Positions 27,297-36,988 of a stretch of DNA of 64,000 bases are shown here, piece by piece. Source of the DNA: Anaerolineae bacterium (GTDB lineage Bacteria; Chloroflexota; Anaerolineae; Aggregatilineales; J027). Location: the NCBI GenBank assembly GCA_019913005.1, contig JAIOHL010000105.1, forward strand, positions 11,177 to 75,176. Direction: 5' to 3'. The translations under genes and the position numbers were made by a program. Position 1 is the stretch's first letter, and every line of letters begins with the position of its first letter. The notes beneath the pieces are model-generated. The model had not been told where the DNA came from. It made no database searches and saw nothing but the letters and a program-made list of their open reading frames with translations.

Positions 27297-28823
27297 ATGA
27301 AAACCCAACTTTCGCGCCGCGCTTTTCTGACAACCCTTGCCGGGGGCACACTGTTGGCGGCCTCTGGTTGCAGCAACGTCATTGATCGCCTTGCCCAGCC
27401 CGACCTGCCCAAAGAACTCTGGTTGCCATCGGGAGCAAATCGCCACCCCATCGCCCACTTACTCAATCGTGCCGCCTATGGCCCACGCCCCGGTCAGATG
27501 GAAAAAGTGCAGCAGTTGGGCCGCGAAAAATGGATCGAGCAGCAGTTGGACTATAAAGATATAGAGGATGACGCGCTCGATTGGCGGCTGCGGCGCTATG
27601 ATACCCTCAAATGGCAGGCCCAAGATTTGATGTCGCTGAGTGGCAGTGACGATTTCGGCGGTGGGGATAAAGATTTGGTTGCCTATGAACTGGCCCAAAT
27701 GACACTTGTTCGGGCAGTGTTCTCCGAACGCCAGTTGTATGAGGTCATGGTTGGCTTCTGGACAGATCATTTCAGCATTTACCAATTCAAAAACGATGTG
27801 TTGTATTTCAAAACGGTGGATGACCGCGAGGTAATTCGCCCCCATGCTCTCGGCAAATTCCGTGATCTATTAAAGGCGTCCGCCCACAGTCCGGCGATGC
27901 TGCACTATCTGGATAACACCGAGAACGAAAAAAGCCACCCCAATGAAAACTACGCCCGTGAGATTATGGAACTGCATACCCTCGGTGTGGATGGTGGCTA
28001 TACCGAACAAGACATCCAAGAAGTCGCGCGTTGCCTAACAGGTTGGGGCAAAAACGACGACGGCGAATTTGAATATCACAGTTCTTGGCACGACGACGGC
28101 GAAAAAACTGTCTTGGGTCATGTCATCCCGGCTGGTGGTGGTAAGGAAGACGGTGATAAGGTCTTGGAAATTCTGGTCAATCACCCCAGCACGCCAAAAT
28201 TCGTCTGCACCAAGCTGGTACGCCGCTTTATCGCTGACGACCCACCCCAAAAGATCATTGATGATTGTGTCAGTACATGGCAGTCCACCGATGGCGATAT
28301 TCGGGCTGTGCTGCGTACCCTCTTGAACCATCCCGATTTTGACAGCGCCCCGCCCAAACTCAAACGCCCCTTTGAACTGATGGCGTCGCTACTGCGGGCC
28401 ACCAATGCCAATTACGATGGCAACTGCGAATTGATTGATTTATTAGACCGTATGGGGCATCGTCCGTTCGCTTGGGCTACCCCAGACGGCTATCCTGATA
28501 AAGCTGTCGGTTGGGCCAACAACATGCTGCCCCGTATCAATCTGGCCCTCGACCTGTTAAATGAGGGGCTATCTGGTGTCAAAATAGACATATGGGACAT
28601 TGCCGAACGCATGGACGCCGAACGCAACGCCGAAAAATTGCTGCATAATTTTGGGCGATTAGTCTTGGCACGTGATCTGACTCTCAATGAGAGTGTCGCT
28701 TTATGGAATTTTGCGACAGGCGACTCTGGCAAAAAGCCAAACTTGAATGATGACAAGGGCCGCGACCAAATGCTGCAAACGCTCGGTCTGCTGTTGGCGA
28801 GTCCTGCTTTTCAATGGAGATAA
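27297..28823 (+). CDS. DUF1800 family protein with a Tat-like signal and lipobox-like Cys
   Basis: ATG 27297 is preceded by GGAGGG. The signal is MKTQLSRRAFLTTLAGGTLLAASGCS. The DUF1800 block is YAREIMELHTLGVDGGYTEQDIQEVARCLTGW. Confidence 0.85.
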   Translation: MKTQLSRRAFLTTLAGGTLLAASGCSNVIDRLAQPDLPKELWLPSGANRHPIAHLLNRAAYGPRPGQMEKVQQLGREKWIEQQLDYKDIEDDALDWRLRRYDTLKWQAQDLMSLSGSDDFGGGDKDLVAYELAQMTLVRAVFSERQLYEVMVGFWTDHFSIYQFKNDVLYFKTVDDREVIRPHALGKFRDLLKASAHSPAMLHYLDNTENEKSHPNENYAREIMELHTLGVDGGYTEQDIQEVARCLTGWGKNDDGEFEYHSSWHDDGEKTVLGHVIPAGGGKEDGDKVLEILVNHPSTPKFVCTKLVRRFIADDPPQKIIDDCVSTWQSTDGDIRAVLRTLLNHPDFDSAPPKLKRPFELMASLLRATNANYDGNCELIDLLDRMGHRPFAWATPDGYPDKAVGWANNMLPRINLALDLLNEGLSGVKIDIWDIAERMDAERNAEKLLHNFGRLVLARDLTLNESVALWNFATGDSGKKPNLNDDKGRDQMLQTLGLLLASPAFQWR

Positions 28824-28832
28824 ATCCCTCCT

Positions 28833-28867
28833 CCCCTCGCCATTTTGGAGAGGGTTGGGGGTGAGGT
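28833..28867 (+). repeat. G-rich intergenic hairpin element, family copy 2
   Basis: The sequence is CCCCTCgccattttGGAGAGGGTTGGGGGTGAGGT, immediately after the DUF1800 stop. Confidence 0.4.
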
Positions 28868-28888
28868 TAATTACACAGGAGATTCATC

Positions 28889-30163
28889 ATGTCTGAGAAC
28901 CGTACCCCTCTGTTATCCCGCCGTCAATGGTTGCAGGCTGCCACTGCCCTAAGCGCCATTGGAGCTACCCGCGTTCTGTGGCCTGCATGGTTGCCGCGTC
29001 TTGCTTTTGCCAGTGAGGGCGTCAAGGGCGATACCCTAGTTTGTATTTTTCTGCGCGGTGGTGCAGATGCCCTTAATATGATTGTGCCGTTTGGTGATGA
29101 CAACTACTACAAAGCCCGTCCTCTGCTTGCCATCGGTCAACCTGATAGCAGTGATGGTGTTAAGGCGTTGGCACTGGATGATTTTTTCGGCCTCAATCCC
29201 GATATGCGCCCTATCCATGAGCTTTTGATGAACGGGCACATGACGGTCATTCACGCCGCTGGCACCCCGAATGTCTCACGCAGTCATTTCGAAGCGATGG
29301 ATCTGATGGAACGCGGCACAAATGGCGCGGAAGCAGGCATCGGTTCGGGTTGGCTGGGGCGTCATCTCATGGCGACTTCAGCGGAGGGGGATTCGCCATT
29401 ACGCGCCATCGGTTGGAGCGATAAACTCCCGACCAGTCTGCGGGGTTATGTGTCCGCCAACGCCCTGCGCTCGATTGCCGATTTTCATCTACACGGCGAC
29501 ACCCGCCAGACCGACCAGATGGCCGCCACGCTTTCGGCCATGTACCAAGAAGGCGGCGCACCCCTTAATCTAAGCGCCGATGCTACCTTCCAAGCCCTCG
29601 AACTGGTCAAGCAGATTGATGTGGATAAATATCGCCCCGCCAACGGTGCCCGTTATGATGATTCCGATCTGGGACGCGGCCTTAAGCAAACAGCGGCCCT
29701 CATCAAAGCCGGTGCTGGCTTAGAGGTCGCTTGTGTGGATCATGGCAATTATGATACCCACGTCGCACAGGGTCGCAGCGACGGCCTGTTGTCTGGCCTG
29801 CTCACATCACTCAGTCAAAATCTGCGTGCTTTCCATGATGACATGCTCGACTACATGGGCAAGGTCACCATCGTGGTTATGTCCGAATTTGGACGGCGGG
29901 TACAAGAAAATGGCGGGGGTGGCACGGATCATGGGCATGGCGGCGCGATGTATATCATGAGTCCATACGTCGCCAAAACTCCGGTGATCGCCCAATGGCC
30001 CGGTCTCAATTTCGATTTTTTGGACAATGGTGATTTGCAGATCACCACTGACTACCGCGACGTGTTGAGTGAACTTTTGACCAATCGCACCGCAAGAACT
30101 GATCTCAGCCTTGTATTTCCCGGTCACACACCCAAATCCGTTGGGGCTATCCTGAAAGGCTAA
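28889..30163 (+). CDS. DUF1501 family (sulfatase-like) protein with a twin-arginine signal
   Basis: The signal is LSRRQWLQAATALSAIGA. Family blocks are MSEFGRR and GTDHGHGG. It shows the canonical pairing with DUF1800. Confidence 0.85.
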   Translation: MSENRTPLLSRRQWLQAATALSAIGATRVLWPAWLPRLAFASEGVKGDTLVCIFLRGGADALNMIVPFGDDNYYKARPLLAIGQPDSSDGVKALALDDFFGLNPDMRPIHELLMNGHMTVIHAAGTPNVSRSHFEAMDLMERGTNGAEAGIGSGWLGRHLMATSAEGDSPLRAIGWSDKLPTSLRGYVSANALRSIADFHLHGDTRQTDQMAATLSAMYQEGGAPLNLSADATFQALELVKQIDVDKYRPANGARYDDSDLGRGLKQTAALIKAGAGLEVACVDHGNYDTHVAQGRSDGLLSGLLTSLSQNLRAFHDDMLDYMGKVTIVVMSEFGRRVQENGGGGTDHGHGGAMYIMSPYVAKTPVIAQWPGLNFDFLDNGDLQITTDYRDVLSELLTNRTARTDLSLVFPGHTPKSVGAILKG

Positions 30164-30375
30164 CGGCCCATTTCAGGTCAACCTACAAGATTCCGCTCAC
30201 TAGACTTTCCCGTATTGGGGGAAGAGAGACCTTTTATTTCCAAACCCAATCTCTTTCTCCCTACCCTCTCAATGACCGACCAGATGACCCCACACAAAAT
30301 AGGCCACCTGTGCCTCATCCCTAGAGTGCAATCTTTTATGATTGAATTATGGATGATTAAGCTAAGGAGAATACA

Positions 30376-31293
30376 ATGTCTGAGACATTTGTTGGCCTAT
30401 ACAAAGATTTTAATACGGCACGCAAGGTCGTTGAAGATTTGGTGAACGCAGGGCTTGACCGCCGCACTATTAGCCTAGTTGCCAGTGACAGCGTGACCCG
30501 TTATGGCGAAAAATGGCAGATAACCGCCCCCAAAGATCAAATGGGTGGCGCAGATGGTGATGTCGAAGCTGCCGAAGGTGCTGGTTTTGGCGCAGTTGTC
30601 GGCACGCTGGTTGGGTTGGGTGTAGCCCTGATCCCCGGTGTTGGGCCGATTATCGCCGGTGGGGCTTTGGGAGCCGCTGCATTATCGGCGGGTGTCGGTG
30701 CGGCCACTGGTGCAGTCACAGGTGGCATCGCGGCCAGCCTGATGAACTTTGGTGTGCCCGAAGAAGATGCAGCCTATTACACCGAAGGTATCCGCAAAGG
30801 GGGTGCATTGGTGGGGGTAAGTGTTCACGAAACATGGGCAGACCGTGTGCGCGAAGTCATGAATCGCCACAATCCGATTGATTTGGATGTACAAAATAGC
30901 GCAGACATCAACGATGATACCGCTGATTTTTCAACGGAACAGCGGCAACAGAGTGGGGGTGTGATGGCCCAAAGCGCTTCCACACGGGGCGGCACTTACA
31001 CTTCCGAGCGTTCCGGCGTCCGCACCTACAGCCGGCCCCGTACCTTCGAGAACTATGCGCCAGAGTATCGCAATCACTACAACATGTATTACGGACATAC
31101 GGGCAACCCCTATGATTTTTACCTGCCTGCCTATCTGTATGGGTTTAATCTGGGGTCGAATAGCTACTATCGCGGCTATCAGTGGGAACAGATTGAACCC
31201 GAAGCCCGCCGTCGTTGGGAAGAAGAACGCCCCAACACATGGGATCAGATCAAAGATGCCGTTCGTAACGCATGGGATAGTCTGACCGACTAG
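30376..31293 (+). CDS. General-stress-type protein with a glycine-zipper membrane segment and a Tyr-rich tail
   Basis: An AAGGAG RBS precedes the start. The N-terminal block is FVGLYKDFNTARKVVEDLVNAGLDRRTISLV. A Gly/Ala zipper follows (GAVVGTLVGLGVALIPGVGPIIAGGALGAAA). The C-terminus is Y/N/R-rich. Confidence 0.6.
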   Translation: MSETFVGLYKDFNTARKVVEDLVNAGLDRRTISLVASDSVTRYGEKWQITAPKDQMGGADGDVEAAEGAGFGAVVGTLVGLGVALIPGVGPIIAGGALGAAALSAGVGAATGAVTGGIAASLMNFGVPEEDAAYYTEGIRKGGALVGVSVHETWADRVREVMNRHNPIDLDVQNSADINDDTADFSTEQRQQSGGVMAQSASTRGGTYTSERSGVRTYSRPRTFENYAPEYRNHYNMYYGHTGNPYDFYLPAYLYGFNLGSNSYYRGYQWEQIEPEARRRWEEERPNTWDQIKDAVRNAWDSLTD

Positions 31294-31325
31294 TAGCCAA
31301 TTTTGGAACTGGCATCCATCTAAAT

Positions 31326-31360
31326 AAAGAGGAAGTCGGATTCTTTCCGGCCTCCTCTTT
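31326..31360. terminator. Bidirectional hairpin terminator between convergent genes
   Basis: AAAGAGGAAGTCGG, loop ATTCTTT, CCGGCCTCCTCTTT. The stem is about 13 bp with one mismatch and one G-U pair, with an A-run on one side and a T-run on the other. Confidence 0.65.
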
Positions 31361-31369
31361 CCTTACTTG

Positions 31370-32323
31370 TCAGCTTTGTTGACTCAAACTCTCAATCGCT
31401 GTCCGTATCACCATCGCACTCTTACGTAACTGTTCTTCCTCCTCATCACTCAGGCTAAGTGGCAATGAGAGAGTTTCAATGACCCCGCTTCCGCCCAATA
31501 GATGGGGCAAAGCCAGCGTGACATCTCGCACACCAACCACCTCATTAACCGGAGTGCAAACACTTAGAATCGAGCGCTGATCGCTTAAAATCACATCTAC
31601 AATCCGGGCCAATGCGCTCCCAATGCCATAATAGGTCGCCTGTTTACCACTGATAATATGATAGGCCGCCCGCCGCACCTGTTCATCAATTTGCTGCTTG
31701 ATGGTTGAATCCAGTGTAATGCCGCGCCGCTCACAAAATTCTTGCAGTGGAATGCCCCCCACCGTCACCAGCGACCATGTGAGCACTTCCGAATCACCAT
31801 GTTCGCCGACCACATAACCATGTACATGCTGGGAATCCACGCCCAAAAAGCGTCCCAACAGAACCCGAAAGCGGGCGGTGTCGAGTGTCGTGCCGGAGCC
31901 AATTACCCGACTGGATGGCACACCCCGTTGAGTAGCAAATCGGGCTGTTAGGTGGGTCATAATATCCACCGGATTGGTTGCTACCACCAATACCGCGTCG
32001 GGGGCATAAGGCAAAATTTCGGGCACCACCTCTCCAAAAATCTTGGCGTTACGAGCCAATAATTGTAGACGTGTTTCGCCCGGCTGTTGATTGACACCCG
32101 CCGCCAAGATGATGACCCTCGAATTTACAAGGTCGGGATAACCGCCTGCCCGTATATTCAGCGGATTGGCGAACGGCACAGCATGAAAAATATCATTGGC
32201 CTCGGCTTCAGCGCGGGCCGTGTTCTTATCTACCAAAACAATCTCGCGCCCAATGCCCTGCATAACCAGTGCATAAGCCGCCGTCGCCCCCACAAACCCT
32301 GTTCCCACAATCCCAATTTTCAT
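31370..32323 (-). CDS. ldh: L-lactate dehydrogenase
   Basis: [14 protein letters not shown] (GxGxxG). The substrate loop [14 protein letters not shown] carries the LDH-type Gln. GEHGDSEV is present. I chose the start at ATG 32323 rather than the extended ORF. Confidence 0.9.
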   Translation of the reverse strand: MKIGIVGTGFVGATAAYALVMQGIGREIVLVDKNTARAEAEANDIFHAVPFANPLNIRAGGYPDLVNSRVIILAAGVNQQPGETRLQLLARNAKIFGEVVPEILPYAPDAVLVVATNPVDIMTHLTARFATQRGVPSSRVIGSGTTLDTARFRVLLGRFLGVDSQHVHGYVVGEHGDSEVLTWSLVTVGGIPLQEFCERRGITLDSTIKQQIDEQVRRAAYHIISGKQATYYGIGSALARIVDVILSDQRSILSVCTPVNEVVGVRDVTLALPHLLGGSGVIETLSLPLSLSDEEEEQLRKSAMVIRTAIESLSQQS

Positions 32324-32337
32324 CGTCAAAACTCCCT

Positions 32338-32736
32338 TTATTGTTGTGTTTCCAGCCACTCAAAATGCGTCGCCGTGAAAGTGATGCCAAGATAACCTGA
32401 GTAGATGTTGTGGGGAATCTCTTGGAAGAAAAATGAACCTTCGACGCCTTCCCTATCTTCCAAATTAGATTCGGGATGGTAAACAAGATGAAGAAGCTCA
32501 AATCCCCAATACTTGTCGCAAGCAAGCCCTGTGAGTTCCGGCTCAGTTTTGAAATTCTCAACTCCATGAAAAATCAGCAATCCTGTTTTGCCGAATACCT
32601 CATCTGGTTCACGGTCACCATCCCAGTCACACAAACAAATCGGTAAGATCAGACGCTTTTCCGAAGGCACAAAATAGAAAGCATCAACTGTCGAATCATG
32701 TAGGTGAAATTTATGTAGGTGTTCCGAGGTTCTCAT
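32338..32736 (-). CDS. Hypothetical protein (132 aa), low-GC
   Basis: ORF with about 40-45% GC, wedged between the CDF and ldh genes. It overlaps the CDF stop by 4 nt. I recognise no motif. Confidence 0.45.
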   Translation of the reverse strand: MRTSEHLHKFHLHDSTVDAFYFVPSEKRLILPICLCDWDGDREPDEVFGKTGLLIFHGVENFKTEPELTGLACDKYWGFELLHLVYHPESNLEDREGVEGSFFFQEIPHNIYSGYLGITFTATHFEWLETQQ

Positions 32737-34133
32737 AGGCCGGGTAAATCGTCCTCCGGCTCAGTATGAATCGTCACCCGATGAATCTGCGGGAACTGCA
32801 TCCGCAAAAACAACTCGGCTTCTTCCGCGATTTGATGGGCCATTTCAATGCTGATGTCTCCCGGCAAATGGCAGTGCAGTGTCAGTGCATAGCCTGCGCG
32901 GTCACGCCGAATATTGGAATCATGCCAATCGCCCTGCGGAAATTGATGACGTAATTTGGTTAAGGCATCCACATGCAGTTTGGTGGCATCCGGTGATACC
33001 GCTGGCATGGCGCTGGCAAATTCAGCAGGTTCGATGTGCGTCACCACGTCTACGATTTCAGGCCGACCACGCAGTCGTGACTCCAATAGGTCAATTTGGC
33101 GATGGGCCTCCCGTAAGGTGACGGCTGGGGGTACTTCGACGTGCATCTCCAAAACCTTACCCTGTGGCGTCACCACCCCGCTGATTTCATGTACCCCCAA
33201 GCCCAATGCGTCGGCAGCGGCACGAGCAGCCGTGATATAGTCCAATTGGTGGCTGTGGTCAGGAATGACGTGTACCTGCACTTCCGTGATATGGGGAAAA
33301 CGCCCTGCCAATCGTTCCCGAATGCGCTCGGTGATATTGCTGGCATATTCGGTGCTGATGCTCGAATCCATCTGCACATCCAAATCTACCAGCACCGCAT
33401 CCTCCGTACCCCGGCTACGGGCACGAATCACTTTATTCACCCCCGGCGTCAATTCGGCAATTTCAGCCAATTTTTCAGGCGACAGGGGCGCCTCATCCAC
33501 CAATATTCCTCCGGTACGCCGCAAGATGCCCCACGCTGTATAACCGATCACCACCACGATCAACAATGACACCGCCGCGTCCATCCACCCCAACCCCAGT
33601 TTGACACCAATCAAGCCTGCGATGACCGAAATCGTCACCCAAACATCCGAGGTGGTATGGGCAGCATCGGCTTTCAACAATTCCGAAGTCAGTTTTTGGG
33701 CCTTATTGCGTTCATACAGCACGACCCAAAGATTAATCATCAGTGTCGCCAGCAGCACCGCAAATTGCACCTCTCCGACTTCTGGCACTTCACCGGAACG
33801 TAGTCGTTCTATGGCGACCTTGAGCACCTCCCATCCTGCCAAAAGGAGCATTCCTCCAATTCCTAGACTCGCTAGTGTTTCAAAACGCTGATGCCCATAG
33901 GGATGTGTTTCATCCGGTGGGCGGGCCGCAATCCGTTGGGCAAAGAGGGCAATGATATTGGAAGCCGAATCAATCGTACTGTGCAGGCCATCCGCGATAA
34001 TGGATACCGTGCCAGTCAAAAGGCCAACCGCAATCTTGCCAGCCGCCACCAACACATTGAGGAATAAGATTTGCCACAGCACCCGACTCACGGCTTGGGT
34101 ACGCTCATTCAATGGGTGTTCATGAACTGCCAT
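32733..34133 (-). CDS. Cation diffusion facilitator (CDF) transporter with three tandem C-terminal cytoplasmic domains
   Basis: ATG 34133 is preceded by AGGAGA. TM2 carries HSTID and TM5 carries HTTSD (HxxxD metal site A). Three ZT_dimer-like units follow, ending in VQVHVIPD, VVTHIEP and VTIHTEPED. Confidence 0.85.
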   Translation of the reverse strand: MAVHEHPLNERTQAVSRVLWQILFLNVLVAAGKIAVGLLTGTVSIIADGLHSTIDSASNIIALFAQRIAARPPDETHPYGHQRFETLASLGIGGMLLLAGWEVLKVAIERLRSGEVPEVGEVQFAVLLATLMINLWVVLYERNKAQKLTSELLKADAAHTTSDVWVTISVIAGLIGVKLGLGWMDAAVSLLIVVVIGYTAWGILRRTGGILVDEAPLSPEKLAEIAELTPGVNKVIRARSRGTEDAVLVDLDVQMDSSISTEYASNITERIRERLAGRFPHITEVQVHVIPDHSHQLDYITAARAAADALGLGVHEISGVVTPQGKVLEMHVEVPPAVTLREAHRQIDLLESRLRGRPEIVDVVTHIEPAEFASAMPAVSPDATKLHVDALTKLRHQFPQGDWHDSNIRRDRAGYALTLHCHLPGDISIEMAHQIAEEAELFLRMQFPQIHRVTIHTEPEDDLPGL

Positions 34134-34376
34134 AGATTCTCCTGTTGAAGTTTCACTGCGTGTATTGTAGCAGGCTTGGATGGCTCTTGTGGGTCTATTT
34201 TGGTACTTTTTCGGCCTACAAAATACCCAAATTTTGCTCTTCATCCACAGTGGGAGTACATTTGATAAAAGGAGGTTCGATTTTATGGAAAGGAGATAAT
34301 AGAGCTAGGGAGTACCGTTAGTTTTGGCCCCCATGAACGTGGTTACATTTATCAACAATTTGGAGATTTTTAAAAA

Positions 34377-36872
34377 ATGCGTACCAAAATAGGGTTGCTT
34401 TTAATACTCGTGCTAACCCTCGTCCCCATTTCGGCCCGTGTCAACCATCCCGCCCCCGCCCAAGCCCAAGAAGGCGAAACATTAACCCTTCCCGGTCTTG
34501 ATGCTGAGGTGTTGGTTTATTTAGATAGCTATGGAATTCCCCACATCTATGCTCAAACTTCACATGACCTCTTTATGGCACAAGGCTATATCCATGCCAG
34601 CGAACGCTTCTGGCAAATGGAATGGTCACGGCGTTTGGCATCGGGCCGCCTTGCCGAAATTGAGCCATCCTATGCCGGACAGGATGCTTTTTTTCGCACA
34701 CTCGGCCTGCGTGTCGCCGCCGAACAAGACCTTGCCATCTTTGACGCCGACGCCCTCAGCGCCCTGCAAGCCTATTCGGATGGTGTAAATGCTTATCTAG
34801 CAGATAAGACTCCAGAGCAAGTGGCCGCCGAATACAGCTATCTAGCTGAAAAAGACATCAAACCCACCATTGATCCTTGGACCCCGCTGGATACCGTCAC
34901 CTTTGGTAAGGCCCTAACCTTTACCTTTGCCGACGACTTCCAAGCAGAAATTCAGCGTTCAGTGATTGCTGAGGGTGCGGGAGCATTGGCGACGATTGCA
35001 CTGCAATTGTTCTTCCCTAAATATCCCGCCGACCACCCCCTGATTACCCAACCCGGTAGTATTGACTATACCACCGCCACGACCTCCATGACCGTGCCCG
35101 AAGGTGATACCCCCCTCACCTTTGATTTCAGCAATGTTCACACCCAACTCGTCGGGAATGTGGATTTAGATGAAATTCGCACCGTGATTGGTTACGGCAC
35201 GACGGCGATTTCCAATTCATGGACGATTAGCGGCAGCCGCACCGACACAGGTGCCCCCTATCTTGCCAACGACCCCCATATCGGGATTGCTATGCCCGGT
35301 GTATGGTATGAACAAGGACTCCACTGCGTCGAGCAGAACGCCGACTGCCCCTATAATGTGGTGGGTGTGATCTTCCCCGGTGCTCCCGGCGTGTTGATCG
35401 GCAATAATGACCATATCGCGTGGGGGCTGACTGTCGGTGGGGCCGATACCCAAGACCTCTACACGCTTACCCTCAACCCCGATAACCCCCTGCAATATCA
35501 ATATAATGGCGAATGGGTAGATTTTGATGTGCGTACTGAAACTGTCAATGTGGTCGGTGGCGATCCCATCGAGGTGCAAGTGCGGAAATCAGTCTGGGGG
35601 CCGGTTATTTCAGAAGCGCTCGGCTTTGAGCCTGTATGGGCATTGCGCTGGACAACCCTTGACCCCAGCACAATTATTGAAAGCATTCTCCATTTTGACC
35701 GTGCCACCAACTGGGAGGAGTTTTTGACGGCGGTCTCGCTGTTTGATACAGCCTGCCAAAATATCGTCTATGCGGACATTGAAGGCAACATCGGTTATAA
35801 GCTCTCCTCCAAAGTGCCCATCCGCGCCGAGGGCCACGACCCACGTATGCCTGTGGATGGCAGCACCGACCAATTTGCGTGGCAAGGGTATATCCCGTTT
35901 GAAGAAATGCCCGAAGTGTTTAATCCTGAACAAGGGTATATCACCACCGCCAACAACCGTGTTGTGGGTGATGACTTCCCCTACTATCTGCTTGAAGTGA
36001 ATGACTACGGCTATCGAGCCAAACGCATCGAAACATTATTGCAAAGTGATGCCGATGGTATTTTCACGATGGATGAACTCAAGGCTATCCAAACCGATAA
36101 TTATAATGGTAACGCCGATACAATTGTTCCCGCCCTGCAAGCCCTAACCTTTGATGATCCTGCCCTCACCGAAGCCGTGACATGGCTGGGCGAATGGGAT
36201 CACTACAATTCAGTAGACAGTCCCTACGCCGCGTTGTTCGAAACAGTCTGGATGGAAATTAACCGCCTGACCTTTAATGATGACTTTGGCGATTTTTATG
36301 GCGATGTTGGCCCCGGCAGCCCGCGCTTCTGGGAAGTGTTCCGTGTCCTGCTGGCGAACAAGGCTAACCCGATTTATGGGCAGTTGTGGGATAACGGTGA
36401 TACCGAAGATGTTGTCGAGACCCCTGATGATATTTTGAAGGCAGCTTTTGCTTCTGGCTACGCGAAAATGGTCGAGCAATATGGTGAAGATCGCAGCCAG
36501 TGGCGTTGGGGCGCACTGCACGTCACTCACAACGTGGCCGAACCACTTGGGTACAGTGGCGATCCCGAAGTCGAAGCCATTTTTAACCGTGAAATCGAGA
36601 CTCCCGGTGGCGCGTCCATCGTCAACGCGATTGGGTACTCGGATGATTCTTTTGACACGACCTACATCCCCAGCCAGCGCCAGTTGATTGATTTCAGCAA
36701 CTTCGACAACAGCCAGCGCATTTTGCCAATCGGTCAAAGTGGCAATCCCTTTAGCCCACATTATGATGACCAAATGGAGCTGTGGGCAACCGGGCAGTAT
36801 CGCAATTCGTGGTTTACCCGTGAAGCCGTCGAAGCCAATACCGAGCGGATGTTTACCTTCGTTCCCGGCTGA
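34377..36872 (+). CDS. Penicillin acylase family (Ntn-hydrolase S45) protein, secreted
   Basis: 831 aa with a signal peptide. The autoprocessing and nucleophile block is SNSWTISGSRTDTGAPYLANDPH. Confidence 0.88.
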   Translation: MRTKIGLLLILVLTLVPISARVNHPAPAQAQEGETLTLPGLDAEVLVYLDSYGIPHIYAQTSHDLFMAQGYIHASERFWQMEWSRRLASGRLAEIEPSYAGQDAFFRTLGLRVAAEQDLAIFDADALSALQAYSDGVNAYLADKTPEQVAAEYSYLAEKDIKPTIDPWTPLDTVTFGKALTFTFADDFQAEIQRSVIAEGAGALATIALQLFFPKYPADHPLITQPGSIDYTTATTSMTVPEGDTPLTFDFSNVHTQLVGNVDLDEIRTVIGYGTTAISNSWTISGSRTDTGAPYLANDPHIGIAMPGVWYEQGLHCVEQNADCPYNVVGVIFPGAPGVLIGNNDHIAWGLTVGGADTQDLYTLTLNPDNPLQYQYNGEWVDFDVRTETVNVVGGDPIEVQVRKSVWGPVISEALGFEPVWALRWTTLDPSTIIESILHFDRATNWEEFLTAVSLFDTACQNIVYADIEGNIGYKLSSKVPIRAEGHDPRMPVDGSTDQFAWQGYIPFEEMPEVFNPEQGYITTANNRVVGDDFPYYLLEVNDYGYRAKRIETLLQSDADGIFTMDELKAIQTDNYNGNADTIVPALQALTFDDPALTEAVTWLGEWDHYNSVDSPYAALFETVWMEINRLTFNDDFGDFYGDVGPGSPRFWEVFRVLLANKANPIYGQLWDNGDTEDVVETPDDILKAAFASGYAKMVEQYGEDRSQWRWGALHVTHNVAEPLGYSGDPEVEAIFNREIETPGGASIVNAIGYSDDSFDTTYIPSQRQLIDFSNFDNSQRILPIGQSGNPFSPHYDDQMELWATGQYRNSWFTREAVEANTERMFTFVPG

Positions 36873-36940
36873 TAAACTACTAAAAAGGCGGCTAGTCGAA
36901 GCTCATAAAACCCGTCCCTAGCGGTGGTTAATCTAGCCAC

Positions 36941-36983
36941 AAAAAGCCCTTCCCTGTGTTCGGGGAAGGGTTGGGGATGGGGT
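36941..36983 (-). terminator. Hairpin plus T-run terminator for the GT2 gene; also G-rich hairpin element copy 3
   Basis: CCCTTCCC (36947-54), loop, GGGAAGGG (36963-70). On the minus strand it is followed by CTTTTT. On the plus strand it is followed by TTGGGGATGGGGT, as in the other copies. Confidence 0.55.
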
Positions 36984-36988
36984 TTGTT

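Noticed and set aside
34285-34299. 4-codon mini-ORF (ATG GAA AGG AGA TAA) with a strong AAGGAGG 8 nt upstream, and a 19-codon ORF (34343-34402) overlapping the acylase start
   Set aside because: They could be leader peptides for the penicillin-acylase gene. However, I see no attenuator or terminator structure or conserved logic, and short ORFs of this kind arise easily by chance in AT-rich spacers.
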